Origin: Cirrosporium novae-zelandiae
Lineage: Eukaryota
Length of the DNA stretch: 64,000 nt
Reading direction: 5' to 3'
Assembly: GCA_026023565.1 (NCBI GenBank)
Contig: JAPETS010000055.1
Location: 1 to 64,000 of the forward strand
The position numbers were made by a program, and so were the translations under genes. This document shows positions 12,556-24,542 of this stretch, in pieces. Within the stretch, counting starts at the first letter, position 1. The number at the start of each line of letters is the position of its first letter. Under the pieces are notes generated by a model that was not told where the DNA came from, ran no database searches, and worked only from the letters and a program-made list of their open reading frames with translations.

Positions 12556-14711
12556 ATGTCAGCAAAATGCCAGTCGCGAGTTGGTGATCGTCGGTGTCGA
12601 AGTGGCTGTTGGAAATGTAAAGGTAAATCGGTGAACCTGTCGTGCTTCTCCGTCAACGCAAATCATCTAAGCTGTTTATCTCCAGAACGTCACGTCAAAT
12701 GCAGCGGTACTATGCTAAAAGCTCCGACCTGTCCCTCCGTTTACTGATTCGAACTTGCAAGAGGAACGACCGAATTGCAGACATTGCACTAGACTTGGGC
12801 TCGACTGCCGTTATGATATTAGACTTATATGGAAGGAAAACACAAACTCGGAGGGGACTATATTTGAACACTCAGGTAATTGAGGATATATTGGGGAGGG
12901 CACCTGCTTCTATATCATATGCTCATATTGCCTGCTTAGGAGTTCGGTCGAGGCAGCACGGTCGACAGTGGCAAAAATGTCAAAATCCGCGACGAATGGC
13001 TACGTCTCGTAGTGAGGTTTTCAATGGAGAAACTATTTTCGAAGCCTTTGTCGAGGATTGGATGTTCCTAAATACAACATGGCGAGATTTCACGAATCAA
13101 AACGGAGAATATATAGTAGAAGAGGACGAGGAGTTCCACAAAGCGCAAGATTGCGAAACCATACCTACGGTTTTGTCGCCAAGCCCTAGTTTGTCGTCAG
13201 TGACATCGTTGACTAGCTGGCCTCAAGATGAGCTGAGTGGTTTAAAATATGACGATTTAGACAGTGGTTCGGATACTTCAATACTCTCTGGCAGCTCGTC
13301 TAGACTCAGAATTCCTCGTCCTGTTTCGCCCTTTGGTTTATCTTCCACTGAACAATACCTTTTCGACTATTTCTTGTATGTTATTAGTCCACAGTGCTTT
13401 TTAGTCGGCTCGCGAAATCCATACTCCAGTGTCCTCACCCCGATTGCACTGTCATCCCCATCACAGCCTTTAATGCAAACCATCTTAGCTGTGGCTGCCA
13501 ACCAATTGCGGATAACAAATGATCATCGTTTTGACAATGACCTCTGGATTTATCGCGCGAAAGCTTTGAGTGGGTTGAGACAAGAGCTTGAGCACTGCAA
13601 GTATCAGCATAAATTGAAGTGTGGTTGGGAGCAGAGTCTTGCAACTGTAGTTATGTTGTGCTTTTTTGAGGTTAGTAATTTTGTTTTCTTTGATAAAGTT
13701 ATCATCGAATATTTCGAATACCATAAAACGAGTCATCCTATTTAGGGTTGGTATTGTTGTTTCTTGGAGAGTCTGAAGAGATTTCTGTCCGTCGAGCCAT
13801 CATGCTTCTGTTGGCCGTTTTTGCAATGTAAGCTGACGAATTTATTTGTAAAGGTATCTGCAGACTGTTCAGCGGCGTGGGTAACACATCTCTCTTGTGG
13901 ACGCCGGCTACTGTCTCTTCTCCGATCTTGCGAAACCTTTTCCGCTCAGCAAGAAGAGCTTTATAAATTCGCGATAAGGTATCTAGCATCCCACGATGCA
14001 TTGGCAGGGACAGCTTGGGAGTCGGAAGATTCATTCGAGGAAGAACAATGGTTTTTCCATGATCCCACCCACCAAGAAATAATCGACCCTCTCTTTGGCT
14101 CCTCCCGAGAACTACTCGAACTAATCGCAACAATCTCAAACCTAGCAGGAGATCAAGCGAGAGCAACCGAGATTCGCAGATGGGACCCTGCAACTGCGGC
14201 CAGACTTCTAGATCGCACCCAAACTCGACGTGACAGGGTTGAGAGACGCCTCCACCTCATTGAGCAACATGCTCAGTTACCAACCGATGCAGAAAAATCA
14301 AACTCGATCTCACTCGCCGAAGAACTGACCCGCATCGCCGAGGTAAAACGCCTAACAACACTCCTATATCTCTACACATCCCTAGACCAGTCCCTACCAC
14401 ACCATCCCCATATGATACGCCTCACATCAAAAATCCTAACCATGATACCACGAATCTCTCTGAGGACAAACACGCTTCTCTGGCCCTTGTTTGTTGTGGG
14501 AACAATGGGGGTCCAGCCAGACCGAGATGAAGACCGCAAGCTGATCCTCGAGAGGCTGAATGCCCTGCAAAAGACGCGGCAACTTGGGAACGTAAAGAAA
14601 GCTAGATGCGTAGTGGAGGGCGTTTGGAAGGAACGGGATCTGAGGAGGACGGAGGATACGCGATGGCGGGATATTATTGCTGGAAGGGGCGGGCTGCTGA
14701 GTCTTGCTTGA
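12556..14711 (+). CDS. Zn(II)2Cys6 transcription factor with fungal TF C-terminal domain
   Basis: Spliced zinc cluster CWKCK/ERHVKCS/EERPNCRHCTRLGLDC spread over three short exons (not visible in the ORF track), LLWPLFVVG motif near the C-terminus, 4 introns. Confidence 0.88.
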
Positions 14712-14919
14712 GTTTTTTTCAGGAGGATGGAGGGAGAGGGAGGGGTTTTACTATTTAGGGCTCATGAATGGATGAGGCGTAAGAATTGGGGGCATTTGTG
14801 TTACTATTTACAACGTATGGATTTATTTATAAATATATGTGGACGATTTATATTTCTATATATTTGACATTCGTTTCAAAACCAACAACCAATCCTTCTC
14901 ACATACTCGCCTCAATACT

Positions 14920-16473
14920 CTACGTAGTATACCTAAACCCCTTCTGCTCCCAGTCGGTCTCATCCTGAAACCCCTTTACCATGCCCTCCAAACTCTCATC
15001 ATTAACCTCCTCCGCCCGTCCCCATTTCTGGTCCTTGCGTTTATTCTGCACTGCCGTGACAGCCCAATACGCCATCACCAATAAGATACTACCACAATAG
15101 CACGTCAGCATCGCGATAACGCCCCCGGTATACGCAGGCGCCTGGTCGGAGCGGAATGTCTGTGGCCCGATAAGATTTCCGGCGGCGTAGCCTAGGAATA
15201 GCAGACTGAAAGAGGTGGTTTTCTTGGTGTAGCCGGCCGTGTTTGCCTGGGGCAATGATACGCATACGACGTAGGGGCCCCAGTAGCAGTACATGAGATA
15301 GAGGCCAACCATCTGGCCAGGAGTGTTTGAACGGGGTAGACCATAGACGAGCGCGGTGCCCAGGAGGGGCAGGAGGGCAGAAATGGCGATGCAGAGGCAG
15401 CGGCGATTTTTCCATCTTGATGCGAGATAGGCGAAGGTGCAGCCGGAGATGGTGGACATGACTCCCGTTGGCATGGAGAGCAGGGAGGAGGTGCGGGCGT
15501 CGAAGCCGAGGTTGTTGATGATGATGGAGCCGAAGGTGATGAGGCCGCCGTTGGGGATGTTGATGGCGATGTTGAAGAGGAAGACCAGCCAGGTTTTCGG
15601 GTCCAGGATGGATTCCAGCACCTGGCTCCACTTCCACGTTTTGTTTACGATCCCTGTGCGGTTGGAGGCCAGGCGCTGCACCGCGTGGTATTTTTCTTCG
15701 CGGGTTAGGAACCAGGCGTTCATGGGGGAGTCCGGGAGGGCGATGAAGACGAAGATGGAGTAGCAGACGTTGATGGAACCCGTGATGAGGAATAGGTATT
15801 GCCATTTTGCGAGTGGGGCTGAGTCGGGGATTTGGCCAACCACCCAGGACCAGAAGCCGTTGATGACGGAGCTAAAGCAGGAGAGGATTATGGCGTTGAT
15901 GGGGGGTTGCTCGTGAATTTTGTAGAAACCCGCAATGATGAGTTGGATCGCCGGGGAGATGACGGCTTCGAACATTCCCATCAGGAAGCGGAGGACCATG
16001 AAGCCGCCCCATGACTTGCAGGCCGCGTAGAAGAGGGTTAGGATGGACCAGCATATGGAGCAGAAGCAGAGGTATTTTGCTGTGGGTAGTCGGTGGACTA
16101 GGTAAGAAGAAATGAACATTCCTGGGAGCATGCCTAGCGGGAGGATGGATCCTAGCCAGCTGTATTGCTGGCCGTGCAGGTTGTTGTCGGTACGGAAGCC
16201 GTAGATTGCGGCGGTGCCGAGTTCGACCTTGTCCACTGCGCCTAGGGTTGCGACAAAGAGGAGCATGGGGATCATCCAGCGGTCGATTTTGCGCTTCAGT
16301 TTTTTCTCTTGCTCTGGCGTCAGAGGGGCATAGGTCTCGTCGGTATCTGCTAGGAATTGCGCAGCTTGGTCGACGACATGGTTGTCAAATTCCTTGCTGA
16401 TTATTCCTGATTCGATGTTGGTTACTTCTTGAGGCTGGACCTTGTCCTCGTGTTTAGTATCAGAGGAAGCCAT
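14920..16473 (-). CDS. MFS permease, allantoate/DAL5 (ACS) family
   Basis: Intronless 517 aa; KLKRKIDRWMIP, YSWLGS, LPDSP..AWFL, NTAGYTKK and GNLIGPQTF motifs; about 12 hydrophobic segments. Confidence 0.93.
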   Translation of the reverse strand: MASSDTKHEDKVQPQEVTNIESGIISKEFDNHVVDQAAQFLADTDETYAPLTPEQEKKLKRKIDRWMIPMLLFVATLGAVDKVELGTAAIYGFRTDNNLHGQQYSWLGSILPLGMLPGMFISSYLVHRLPTAKYLCFCSICWSILTLFYAACKSWGGFMVLRFLMGMFEAVISPAIQLIIAGFYKIHEQPPINAIILSCFSSVINGFWSWVVGQIPDSAPLAKWQYLFLITGSINVCYSIFVFIALPDSPMNAWFLTREEKYHAVQRLASNRTGIVNKTWKWSQVLESILDPKTWLVFLFNIAINIPNGGLITFGSIIINNLGFDARTSSLLSMPTGVMSTISGCTFAYLASRWKNRRCLCIAISALLPLLGTALVYGLPRSNTPGQMVGLYLMYCYWGPYVVCVSLPQANTAGYTKKTTSFSLLFLGYAAGNLIGPQTFRSDQAPAYTGGVIAMLTCYCGSILLVMAYWAVTAVQNKRKDQKWGRAEEVNDESLEGMVKGFQDETDWEQKGFRYTT

Positions 16474-17613
16474 GGCGATTGAGAGCAAGACGGAAAATCA
16501 ATCAATCAATGAATCAGTAGTCAAGTAGGAAACACAAACACAGACGAGATAGAGGTTGACAGGCCCTTGATCGGGACGATCAAGAAGCTTTTATAGAGGA
16601 AATTTGATCCAAGTAGACATTATCAGTGTTATCATCGAAGAGAGATACATGGTCAATAGAAGATGGTCTTTGCATGCTGCTAAATGAAGTCAATGGCTTA
16701 TCTTCCAGCATTTTGTGCACCACGATAAATGACAGCATTGAGTATTGGGGAAAATATCATGGATGCTTGTTTGAGTTGAGTTCGTCCAAGTTGCGGAGGT
16801 CAGGGAGGAGAGCCGGCTAAACCAAGGGAGTGGGCCGGGGAGTGGGCCGGGGAGTAGGCCGGGGAGTAGGCCGGTGAGAGACCCTCGGGTTTCTACCAAC
16901 TTTACTAATACATACGATACACCACATACTCCAAGGAAGGTAGAGACGACGAACAAAAGATAATCTAGTTATCTAGTTATCCAGTTATTCAGTTATCGAC
17001 CATGAATCCATGGCGGGAACCTTGTTTTATTACCCTATTTAGATAAAGTTGTTTATCGTGAGTTGGGGGCACTAATCTAAGTGGCCTACTCGACGACACC
17101 AAGTGTGGGTCAAGATACTGACAAACAGTGACTTCGGTTCTGACAACCCTTTTACCTGACATTATCATGGATCTGCAGCGTAAGAGGATAAATCCACCAT
17201 TTCATTGGACCCAGATACTGCCTCGATAATTATTTGCCAATGATCCCTTGAACGAGCATACTCAAGTACAGAGTACCCCGTCCCTAAACCAACCCGAATT
17301 CTTTAGCATCCACTATGGATATCTCCGTTCCAACATCTCCAATCTTTCGCGTGCGACTTCCACGAACCTGAAGCGTATCACGAGGAGATAACAATGCAAG
17401 CGGGGGAAAAACAATCTCTTGGTGGGGTTGAAGAGAACTGGAGGAGCTTACATTGGGTCACACTTCATCCCAATTGCGGGCTTGGTGCTGTTGGATTAGA
17501 AAGACTATTTATTACTCTTCCGAATAAATATTTGTTAAAGAATTCCTGAGATCCTCTGAGCCTTTAATCTATACTCTAGAATTTTCTGCTTTTTCTTCTT
17601 GAAGACGTTCAAA
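16474..17613. promoter_or_regulatory. divergent promoter of permease and oxoprolinase, rich in GATA (AreA/NIT2-type) sites
   Basis: About 13 HGATAR matches counted by eye on both strands, including the tandem AGTTATCT/AGTTATCC/AGTTATTC/AGTTATCG at 16967-16998. Confidence 0.6.
16826..16873. repeat. 12-bp tandem repeat (GGGAGTRGGCCG)x4
   Basis: Read directly; generates CCGG every 12 bp plus several GGG tracts. Confidence 0.9.
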
Positions 17614-20600
17614 ATGGGGATTAACGTACCTTTAGAACCGAAAAGTATCAAGTTTGCGATAGGTGAGTGTAGATTCAAATCTTTGTCAATATGATACTAG
17701 ACGCTGACGATACAATTGAAGATCGGGGTGGGACATTTACAGATGTATGCGATTAAAACCAAATCCTGTGAGGGAGAGTGATAAATACTTATGGCCTAAT
17801 AGGTATGGGCCAGTATTCCGGGGCAGCCAGATATTGTTACGAAGCTTTTGTCGGTCGATCCAGAGAACTATAGCGATGCGCCATCAGAGGGTATGTTTGA
17901 CAAACTCGCTTTTAGTGGATTGCAGTCTCTAAATTGTTTCGATATTAGGGATAAGACGAATTCTCGAGAGGGTGACTGGTTCTACAATTCCACGCAAAAG
18001 TCCATTACCGAAGGAATATATTCATTCAATACGCATGGGAACGACTGTGGCAACCAATGGTAAGGCAATCTTCAATAACGGTTGATGGGAAAAAACAAAT
18101 CCTAACATAGTCTACTATGCAGCTTTATTAGAACGGAAGGGGACCCGTCATGCCATGTTCGTTACAGAAGGCTGGAAAGACTTTCTGGAGATTGGTAACC
18201 AGTCACGGCCAAAGCTCTTCGAATTAGGCATCAAGAAACCGGAACTTTTATATGATGAAATAATCGAAATATCGGAACGTGTTACAATAGAAGAATTCGA
18301 TGAAGATCCTGAAAAGGACAAACGACCGCCCAAGAAGGAAATTCCGGGTGTTTTAGTCAAAGGTCTCACCGGAGAACTTGTCCGCATTTTAAAACCACTG
18401 AGTGATGAGGAAGTCAAAGAGAAACTTCTTAGACTCCGAGAAAATGGGTTTGATGCTTTGGCTGTCTGCTTTGCCCACTCATATTTATTTCCAGAACACG
18501 AGGAACGGGTTGCTCAGATTGCCTCTGATCTCGGGTTCTGTCACATTTCTCTTTCTTACAACGTGGGTTCCAATATGATTAAGATGGTGCCAAGAGGAAG
18601 CTCTGCTTCCGCAGATGCATATCTGACTCCAGAGATAAGGCGTTATGTCGATGGTTTTGCAAAGGGCTTTGAAGGGGAAAGTCTGGATGGTATTACCTGT
18701 GAATTTATGCAAAGTGATGGAGGATTGGTAAATTATAAGGGATTCAGTGGGCTGAAAGGGATTTTGAGTGGTCCAGCTGGTACGTTTCACATTCCAAGTC
18801 AGTCAAGATATCGTCTCGGAATGTAAAGAATTGGCTTGGACTGACGTTCCATGAACTTTGCTGTCTATCCTTCTAAACAGTAGCTAACAGACTTTATTTT
18901 TTATAGGCGGCGTCGTTGGCTACGCAAGAACATCTTACGATGGAGAGACGCCTGTTGTCGGTTTTGATATGGTAAGCTTTTTATTACAAGATTACCAGTA
19001 ACTTCTTAGCTAACAGTTGTTCTTTCAGGGGGGAACCTCGACAGATGTCAGTAGATTTGGCGGCGCTTTTGAACATGTCTTCGAAACTGTCACTGCAGGC
19101 GTCACTATCCAAAGCCCGCAACTAGATATTAATACTGTTGCCGCTGGGGGTGGTAGCATTTTGTTTTGGACAAATGGTCTTTTTAAGGTCGGGCCAGAGG
19201 TTAGTACTCTTGATTCTTTTACTTAGTTATTACATATACCAACAATCGTCAAGAGCGCCGGCGCACATCCCGGCCCAGCAGCATACAGGAAAGGAGGCCC
19301 TCTCACGGTTACAGATGCCAACCTGTTCTTGGGTCGTCTAATCCCAAGCTATTTTCCCGCTATCTTTGGTCCAAATGAAGACCAACCATTAGATTCAGCG
19401 ATTGTGGCAGAGAAATTTACATCATTGACCGCGCAAATCAATGCTGAGACTGGACGGAACATGACACCAGCTGAAGTTGCAAATGGCTTCATCGATGTTG
19501 CTAATGAATCAATGTGCCGACCTATTCGTGCACTGACAGAAGCCAGGGGTTATGAGACTGCAGCGCATAACCTTGGTGTTTTTGGTGGTGCTGGGTGAGT
19601 TTGTCCCATTCTATATTTTTTTCCGCTTTCTAATTGCTTGCAGTGGCCAACATGCCTGTGAAATTGCGGATAAATTGGGAATTTCGAGAGTAATTCTACA
19701 TAAATTCTCTAGCATCCTTTCTGCTTATGGAATGGCTCTTGCAGAGGTCGTCCAAGAAGCCCAAGAACCAAGCAGCGAAGAATTGTCTCCTGAAACATTC
19801 TCTCATCTACAACAAAGAATGGAATTTCTCAAGACCAAGGTAACCGAAAGCCTACTGGCTCAGGGCGTGGAAATGAAATCAATTGGCTACGAACCGTATT
19901 TGAATCTTAGGTATCAAGGAACGGATACTCAATTTATGATAATGGAGCCTGAAGATGGAAACTATAGAGCTGCTTTCGAGAAGGACCATCTGAGAGAACT
20001 ATCTTTCATATTCCCTCCTGAAAGAAAAGTTCTCGTTGATGATATTCGGATGAGAGCTGTTGGTAAAAGTGAGCAGGTGAACCATGACAACGAAAAGTTG
20101 ACCAAAGAAATGAAAACAACAAATTTCTTCACCGTCAGCGAGAAAGAAGCTGCACATTCGGTAAGATATTTATTTATTATTCACTCCTTTATACTAATTC
20201 TCTACAGCCAAAAGCGTACTTTTCTCCATTAGGCTTGCAGGCAACTCCCATCTTCCTTCTCGATAAGCTTGCCCCTGGAAGTACCATCCCTGGCCCTGCT
20301 ATCATCATCGACAATACTCAAACTATCGTAGTTACGCCAAATTCTCAAGCTCGGATCCTGACATCCCACGTTATAATTGACATATCCGACGAAAAGCCCA
20401 AGGCGGCCATGGAAGACCAGCTCAAGACCGTTGACCCAATCAAGCTTTCTATTTTCGGACATAGGTTTATGTCTATTGCTGAGCAGATGGGGCGAACTCT
20501 ACAAAAGACAAGTTTATCTCTTAACATTAAAGAGCGTCTCGACTTTTCCTGTGCAATATTCAGTCCTGACGGTGAGCTCGTCGCCAACGCCCCTCACGTT

Positions 20601-22181
20601 CCTGTTCATCTAGGTAGTATGAGTTACGCCGTGCGCTATCAGCGTGAACTCCACCAAGGCAAACTACGACCTGGTGATGTTCTTGTCTCTAATCATCCCG
20701 AAGCTGGTGGTACACATTTACCTGATATCACTGTCATCACCCCTGTTTTCGAAAAAGACGACAAGACTATTTGCTTCTTCACAGCGTCACGAGGCCATCA
20801 CATGGATATTGGAGGTTTGGACGGGACATCCATGCCTCCCAACTCCACTGAGCTATGGCAAGAAGGTGCGGCGATCAAGTCATTTTTCCTTGTGCGAGAC
20901 GGGAAGTTTTATGAAGAAGAAATCTGCAAAATCCTCACAGAACCTGGAGAGCGTCCAGGTTGCACACCATCCCGACGACTCGGCGATAACATTAGCGATC
21001 TGAAAGCACAAATTGCCGCCAACAGCAAAGGCTCAAGTCTCATCCATGCACTAATGGACGAATACAGTAAGCCGGTGGTTCACTTTTACATGGCCAAAAT
21101 CCAAGAAAACGCCGAAGTTGCTGTCCGAAATTATCTGAAATCCACCCTTGAAAAATTTGGCCCAGTTGCTCTGGAAGCAGAAGACTATCTCGACAACGGC
21201 TCGAAGCTCAAAGTTACGATTACCATCAAGGAAGACGGGAGCGCAACCTTTGACTTTGCTGGTACATCATGCGAAATGTTGTCAAACATGAACGCCCCCC
21301 CAGCAATAACGTACTCCGCCCTCATATATACCCTCCGACTTTTAATTGGTAGTGACATTCCCCTCAACCAAGGCTGCCTTGCTCCTGCAACAATCCTCCT
21401 CCCCAAAGGCACATTCCTTAACCCGTCTTCTGGCCCAGCCGTGTGCTGCGGCAACACCCTAACCTCCCAGCGCCTCGTTGACCTTATCCTCAAAGCATTC
21501 CGCGCAGCTGCCGGCTCTCAAGGTTGCATGAATTGCTTCGGTCTATTCGGACGAAGCGGGTTTGATGCAGATGGAAAGCCTCTCCCAGGATTTGGATACA
21601 ACTATGGCGAAACAATCTGCGGAGGGGAAGGCGCTGGCCCAACATGGAACGGGGCTAGCGGAGTACATGTCCACATGACCAATACCCGCACTACCGATGT
21701 CGAACTCCTCGAAAAGCGTCTCCCTATCATCCTTCGCGAATTTTCGATCCGTCGTGGGAGTGGCGGACGTGGGCTTTACAATGGAGGCGATGGTGTCATT
21801 CGCGACTGGGAATGCCGGGTCCCATTGACATTCTCGATGATCTCTGAGCGTAGGGTTCATAGGCCATATGGCATGTACGGGGGCGAGGACGGCGAGTGTG
21901 GAGCCAATTACTGGATCCAGAAGACAGAAGATGGATGGAGGTGGATGAGTATGGGGCCCAGAGGTCAGGTCGACATGGGAGCCGGTGATAGATGTGTTAT
22001 CCATACACCTGGAGGAGGAGGATGGGGCAGCGTGGCTAACGGAGTGAATGGGCATGCTAATGGAGTCAACGGGCATGTCAATGGAAACGGACATATCCAC
22101 GAGGTGAAGGAGAAGCCGTTTTACCCGAGAGCAAATGGGAGTTTAGATGCGTATGCCACTGCCCAGACAGAGTCCAGTTAG
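17614..22181 (+). CDS. OXP1: ATP-dependent 5-oxoprolinase / hydantoinase A+B fusion
   Basis: [65 protein letters not shown] and TPGGGG motifs; 9 introns splice in frame. May be a paralogue of the housekeeping OXP1. Confidence 0.93.
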
Positions 22182-22869
22182 AGGGTTGTTGATATCCAGT
22201 CCATTTCTAGCTTTTGATAAAGAATATAAAAAATACAACGTAAGACTTGTGTAACTCTGATGATGAAGCAATGACATTGTTCCCAAAGACACAAAGGAGC
22301 ATGGTATTAGTTGGCTGGCTCCATATTTAGTCTATAATGCCATAGTCATGTCTGGAAGAAACAATCACGTCTACTTTGCTACCCCCCAACCCTTTTGTCG
22401 TTTCCTGTTACTTCATTCCCAGTACACCTCTAGAGAGTAAAGACGAGTAGAGCTGAAACTTCCAAATTGAGCTGAACAAAACTAAAGAAGAAAAAAATCT
22501 GCAAAGCTGAATGTTGATCGTTGTATGCCCCAATGGTTTAGATAAGAGCTTACAACTTCAGCTGCGGATTAGAGTAGTTCAGGCTTGCGCCAAGCACGCT
22601 ACGCAAGAACTCCTATATTCGTAGCTCCTTTGCAAGACGAACTCTTCAGTAGAAATCTATTGCATATCTGATACCCTAGCTTGCATACCGGTTCTCTTCT
22701 CATACGTAGCCTACGCCCCCTGAAACCACAACCGCAGTCTTACAGCAGCAGAGCCTCTAGAGTATTATCGTATACCTACAACAAATAATTGACTACATAG
22801 TCCTGCCATGCAGTTGTACGACGAGTACTCTCTGACGCCACGAACAAATTATTCATTCATAATACCTAT

Positions 22870-23145
22870 AGTAATGCGATCAGCAGCTACTCGAGGGGAG
22901 GGGACTTATGAATTGTATTGAAGCTAGTTTTAGGGTGGATGCCTTGGGCTCTAAATTAGTAGAAACCTAGGAAAGCTATAATTACTGAGTAGATACCATT
23001 ATAAGGCTGCAAAGACTCAGACTAGCCCGAAAGGGATATATAAGGCTGGGTCTGAAGCCTTCGGGCACTGGAAAGTCGGGGCCTTAGGCCGTAAGGGCTG
23101 ATATATGGTCCTAGGCAGCGAAAAATTCGCCAACTCTCTTTTACA
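22870..23145 (-). mobile_element. solo-LTR-like element (276 bp)
   Basis: Minus strand starts TGTAAAAGAGAGTT...TTTTTCGCTGCCTAGG, homologous to the start of the 41988 element, and ends CATTACT (decayed TTACA). CTAT on both flanks (22866-69, 23146-49); TATATA and AATACA signals inside. Confidence 0.6.
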
Positions 23146-24542
23146 CTATAACTAATTACCTAGGTAACTAGACTACTTCTCCTCGATAAGTATTGTGATC
23201 TCCCTTCCCTTACGATTGGGAACATCTGAGTTGGCTCTAACTACAATAGAATAGGATTGTATTTGTATTTGTATTTGTGTTTGTATTTATATTTGTATTC
23301 GCATACAAGACGTACATGACAAGTAACGAGAAAGAAGTAGGTAGGTTATATTAGAAGTAACTGGACTGGACTGGACTGGACTAGACTCCTTTGCCAATGT
23401 TCATGATACAAACGTTGAACACTACAGTCCAGTTGCAGTCCTAGGTATGCAAATGTACGTCATATACAACAAAAGCCACCAGTGTATGTATATATGAGCT
23501 TATCCAATCCAATCCAATTACTTAACTATATATCTAACATCTACTCAATTGTTCGTTCAATTACAAAACAAATCAAATCAAATCAAATCAAGTTCTCCTC
23601 TACTCTCTAATGTTTAAAACATATCCGAAGAACGTCCCCCCGCTCCCATTCGCTAGCGCGAGTGATCCGGTGGAGGGTTGTTATGATATAAGGATCACTT
23701 GTCATAATATAACAGCGACGGCGGCGAGTTGAACTAATAAAAGTATCGTAACTTTAATTCTTAATTCTAATACTCCTAATTAATTATTATATTTTATTTT
23801 ATTGAGCCATTTTTATAAGTGATTCTTTTTTGATTTGATTTTTTTTTCTAATTCTTTTTAGCTGTTCATCATTCTTTTTTTTAGAGGGAGAGCGGCGGGG
23901 GGGGGGATGAGAGATGAAGTGGAATATATTGATTTGGTTTTCCTTTTTATTAAGAGTTGAATATTGAATGTTGTAAGCAATGCCCTGATTGATTGATTGA
24001 TTGATTGATTAGTCGATTATCAGGCAGTTAGTCAAAATATATATGATCCGGGCAGGCAGTCAATGTAAATCCGTAATGCTCCTCCTCTTATTATTATTAT
24101 TATTACTCAGTTTATACGAATTAAACCATATGAGGCCAAGGAGCGCCAAAGATGCTAGAATACAAAATGACTATAGAGTATATCAGACTAGAAGAAACGT
24201 GACAACACCCAAAGCTAATACAATATACTGCTGTTCTCACTAGTCAATCAATTGTTTGTTCTTTTATTCTGGACCTTGTAAACTCGATGGCTCTGCCTAT
24301 CGATTGGTTGAACCGTTCATGTTGTTCGCGAACACAAGATGATACCCCTCAGGAGAAGGCGTCCTTTGAAAAGGCTAGTACCAAAACCCCTCGCATTCAA
24401 CAGTATACCTAACAGCACCAGCCGCCAAACTTACTATTCACTTGTTTTTTATCCTGTAGTTTTCTCACTCTCGTATCACTGTTGCGTCCCTTTTACCCCC
24501 CAACCCACCAGCTTTAGTAATAGTCCCGGTAACACCCTTCTC

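Noticed and set aside
15089..15805. 238-aa alternative-frame ORF, and many other antisense or overlapping ORFs
   Set aside because: By-products of codon bias within real genes
14920..16473. Intronless, GC-rich permease as a horizontal-transfer candidate
   Set aside because: The protein is a typical fungal DAL5 type, and similar GC-rich patches occur in native genes elsewhere in the window
20161..20235. Apparent stop or frameshift in the oxoprolinase
   Set aside because: Resolved by a normal intron at 20161-20208 ([14 protein letters not shown])
22934..22948. GGTGGATGCCTTGG resembles the bacterial 23S rRNA 5' region
   Set aside because: Only about 14 nt of similarity; the flanks do not continue as rRNA
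23068..23083. GGAAAGTCGGGGC resembles the RNase P/MRP CR-I motif
   Set aside because: No matching CR-V downstream, and it lies inside an LTR-like element
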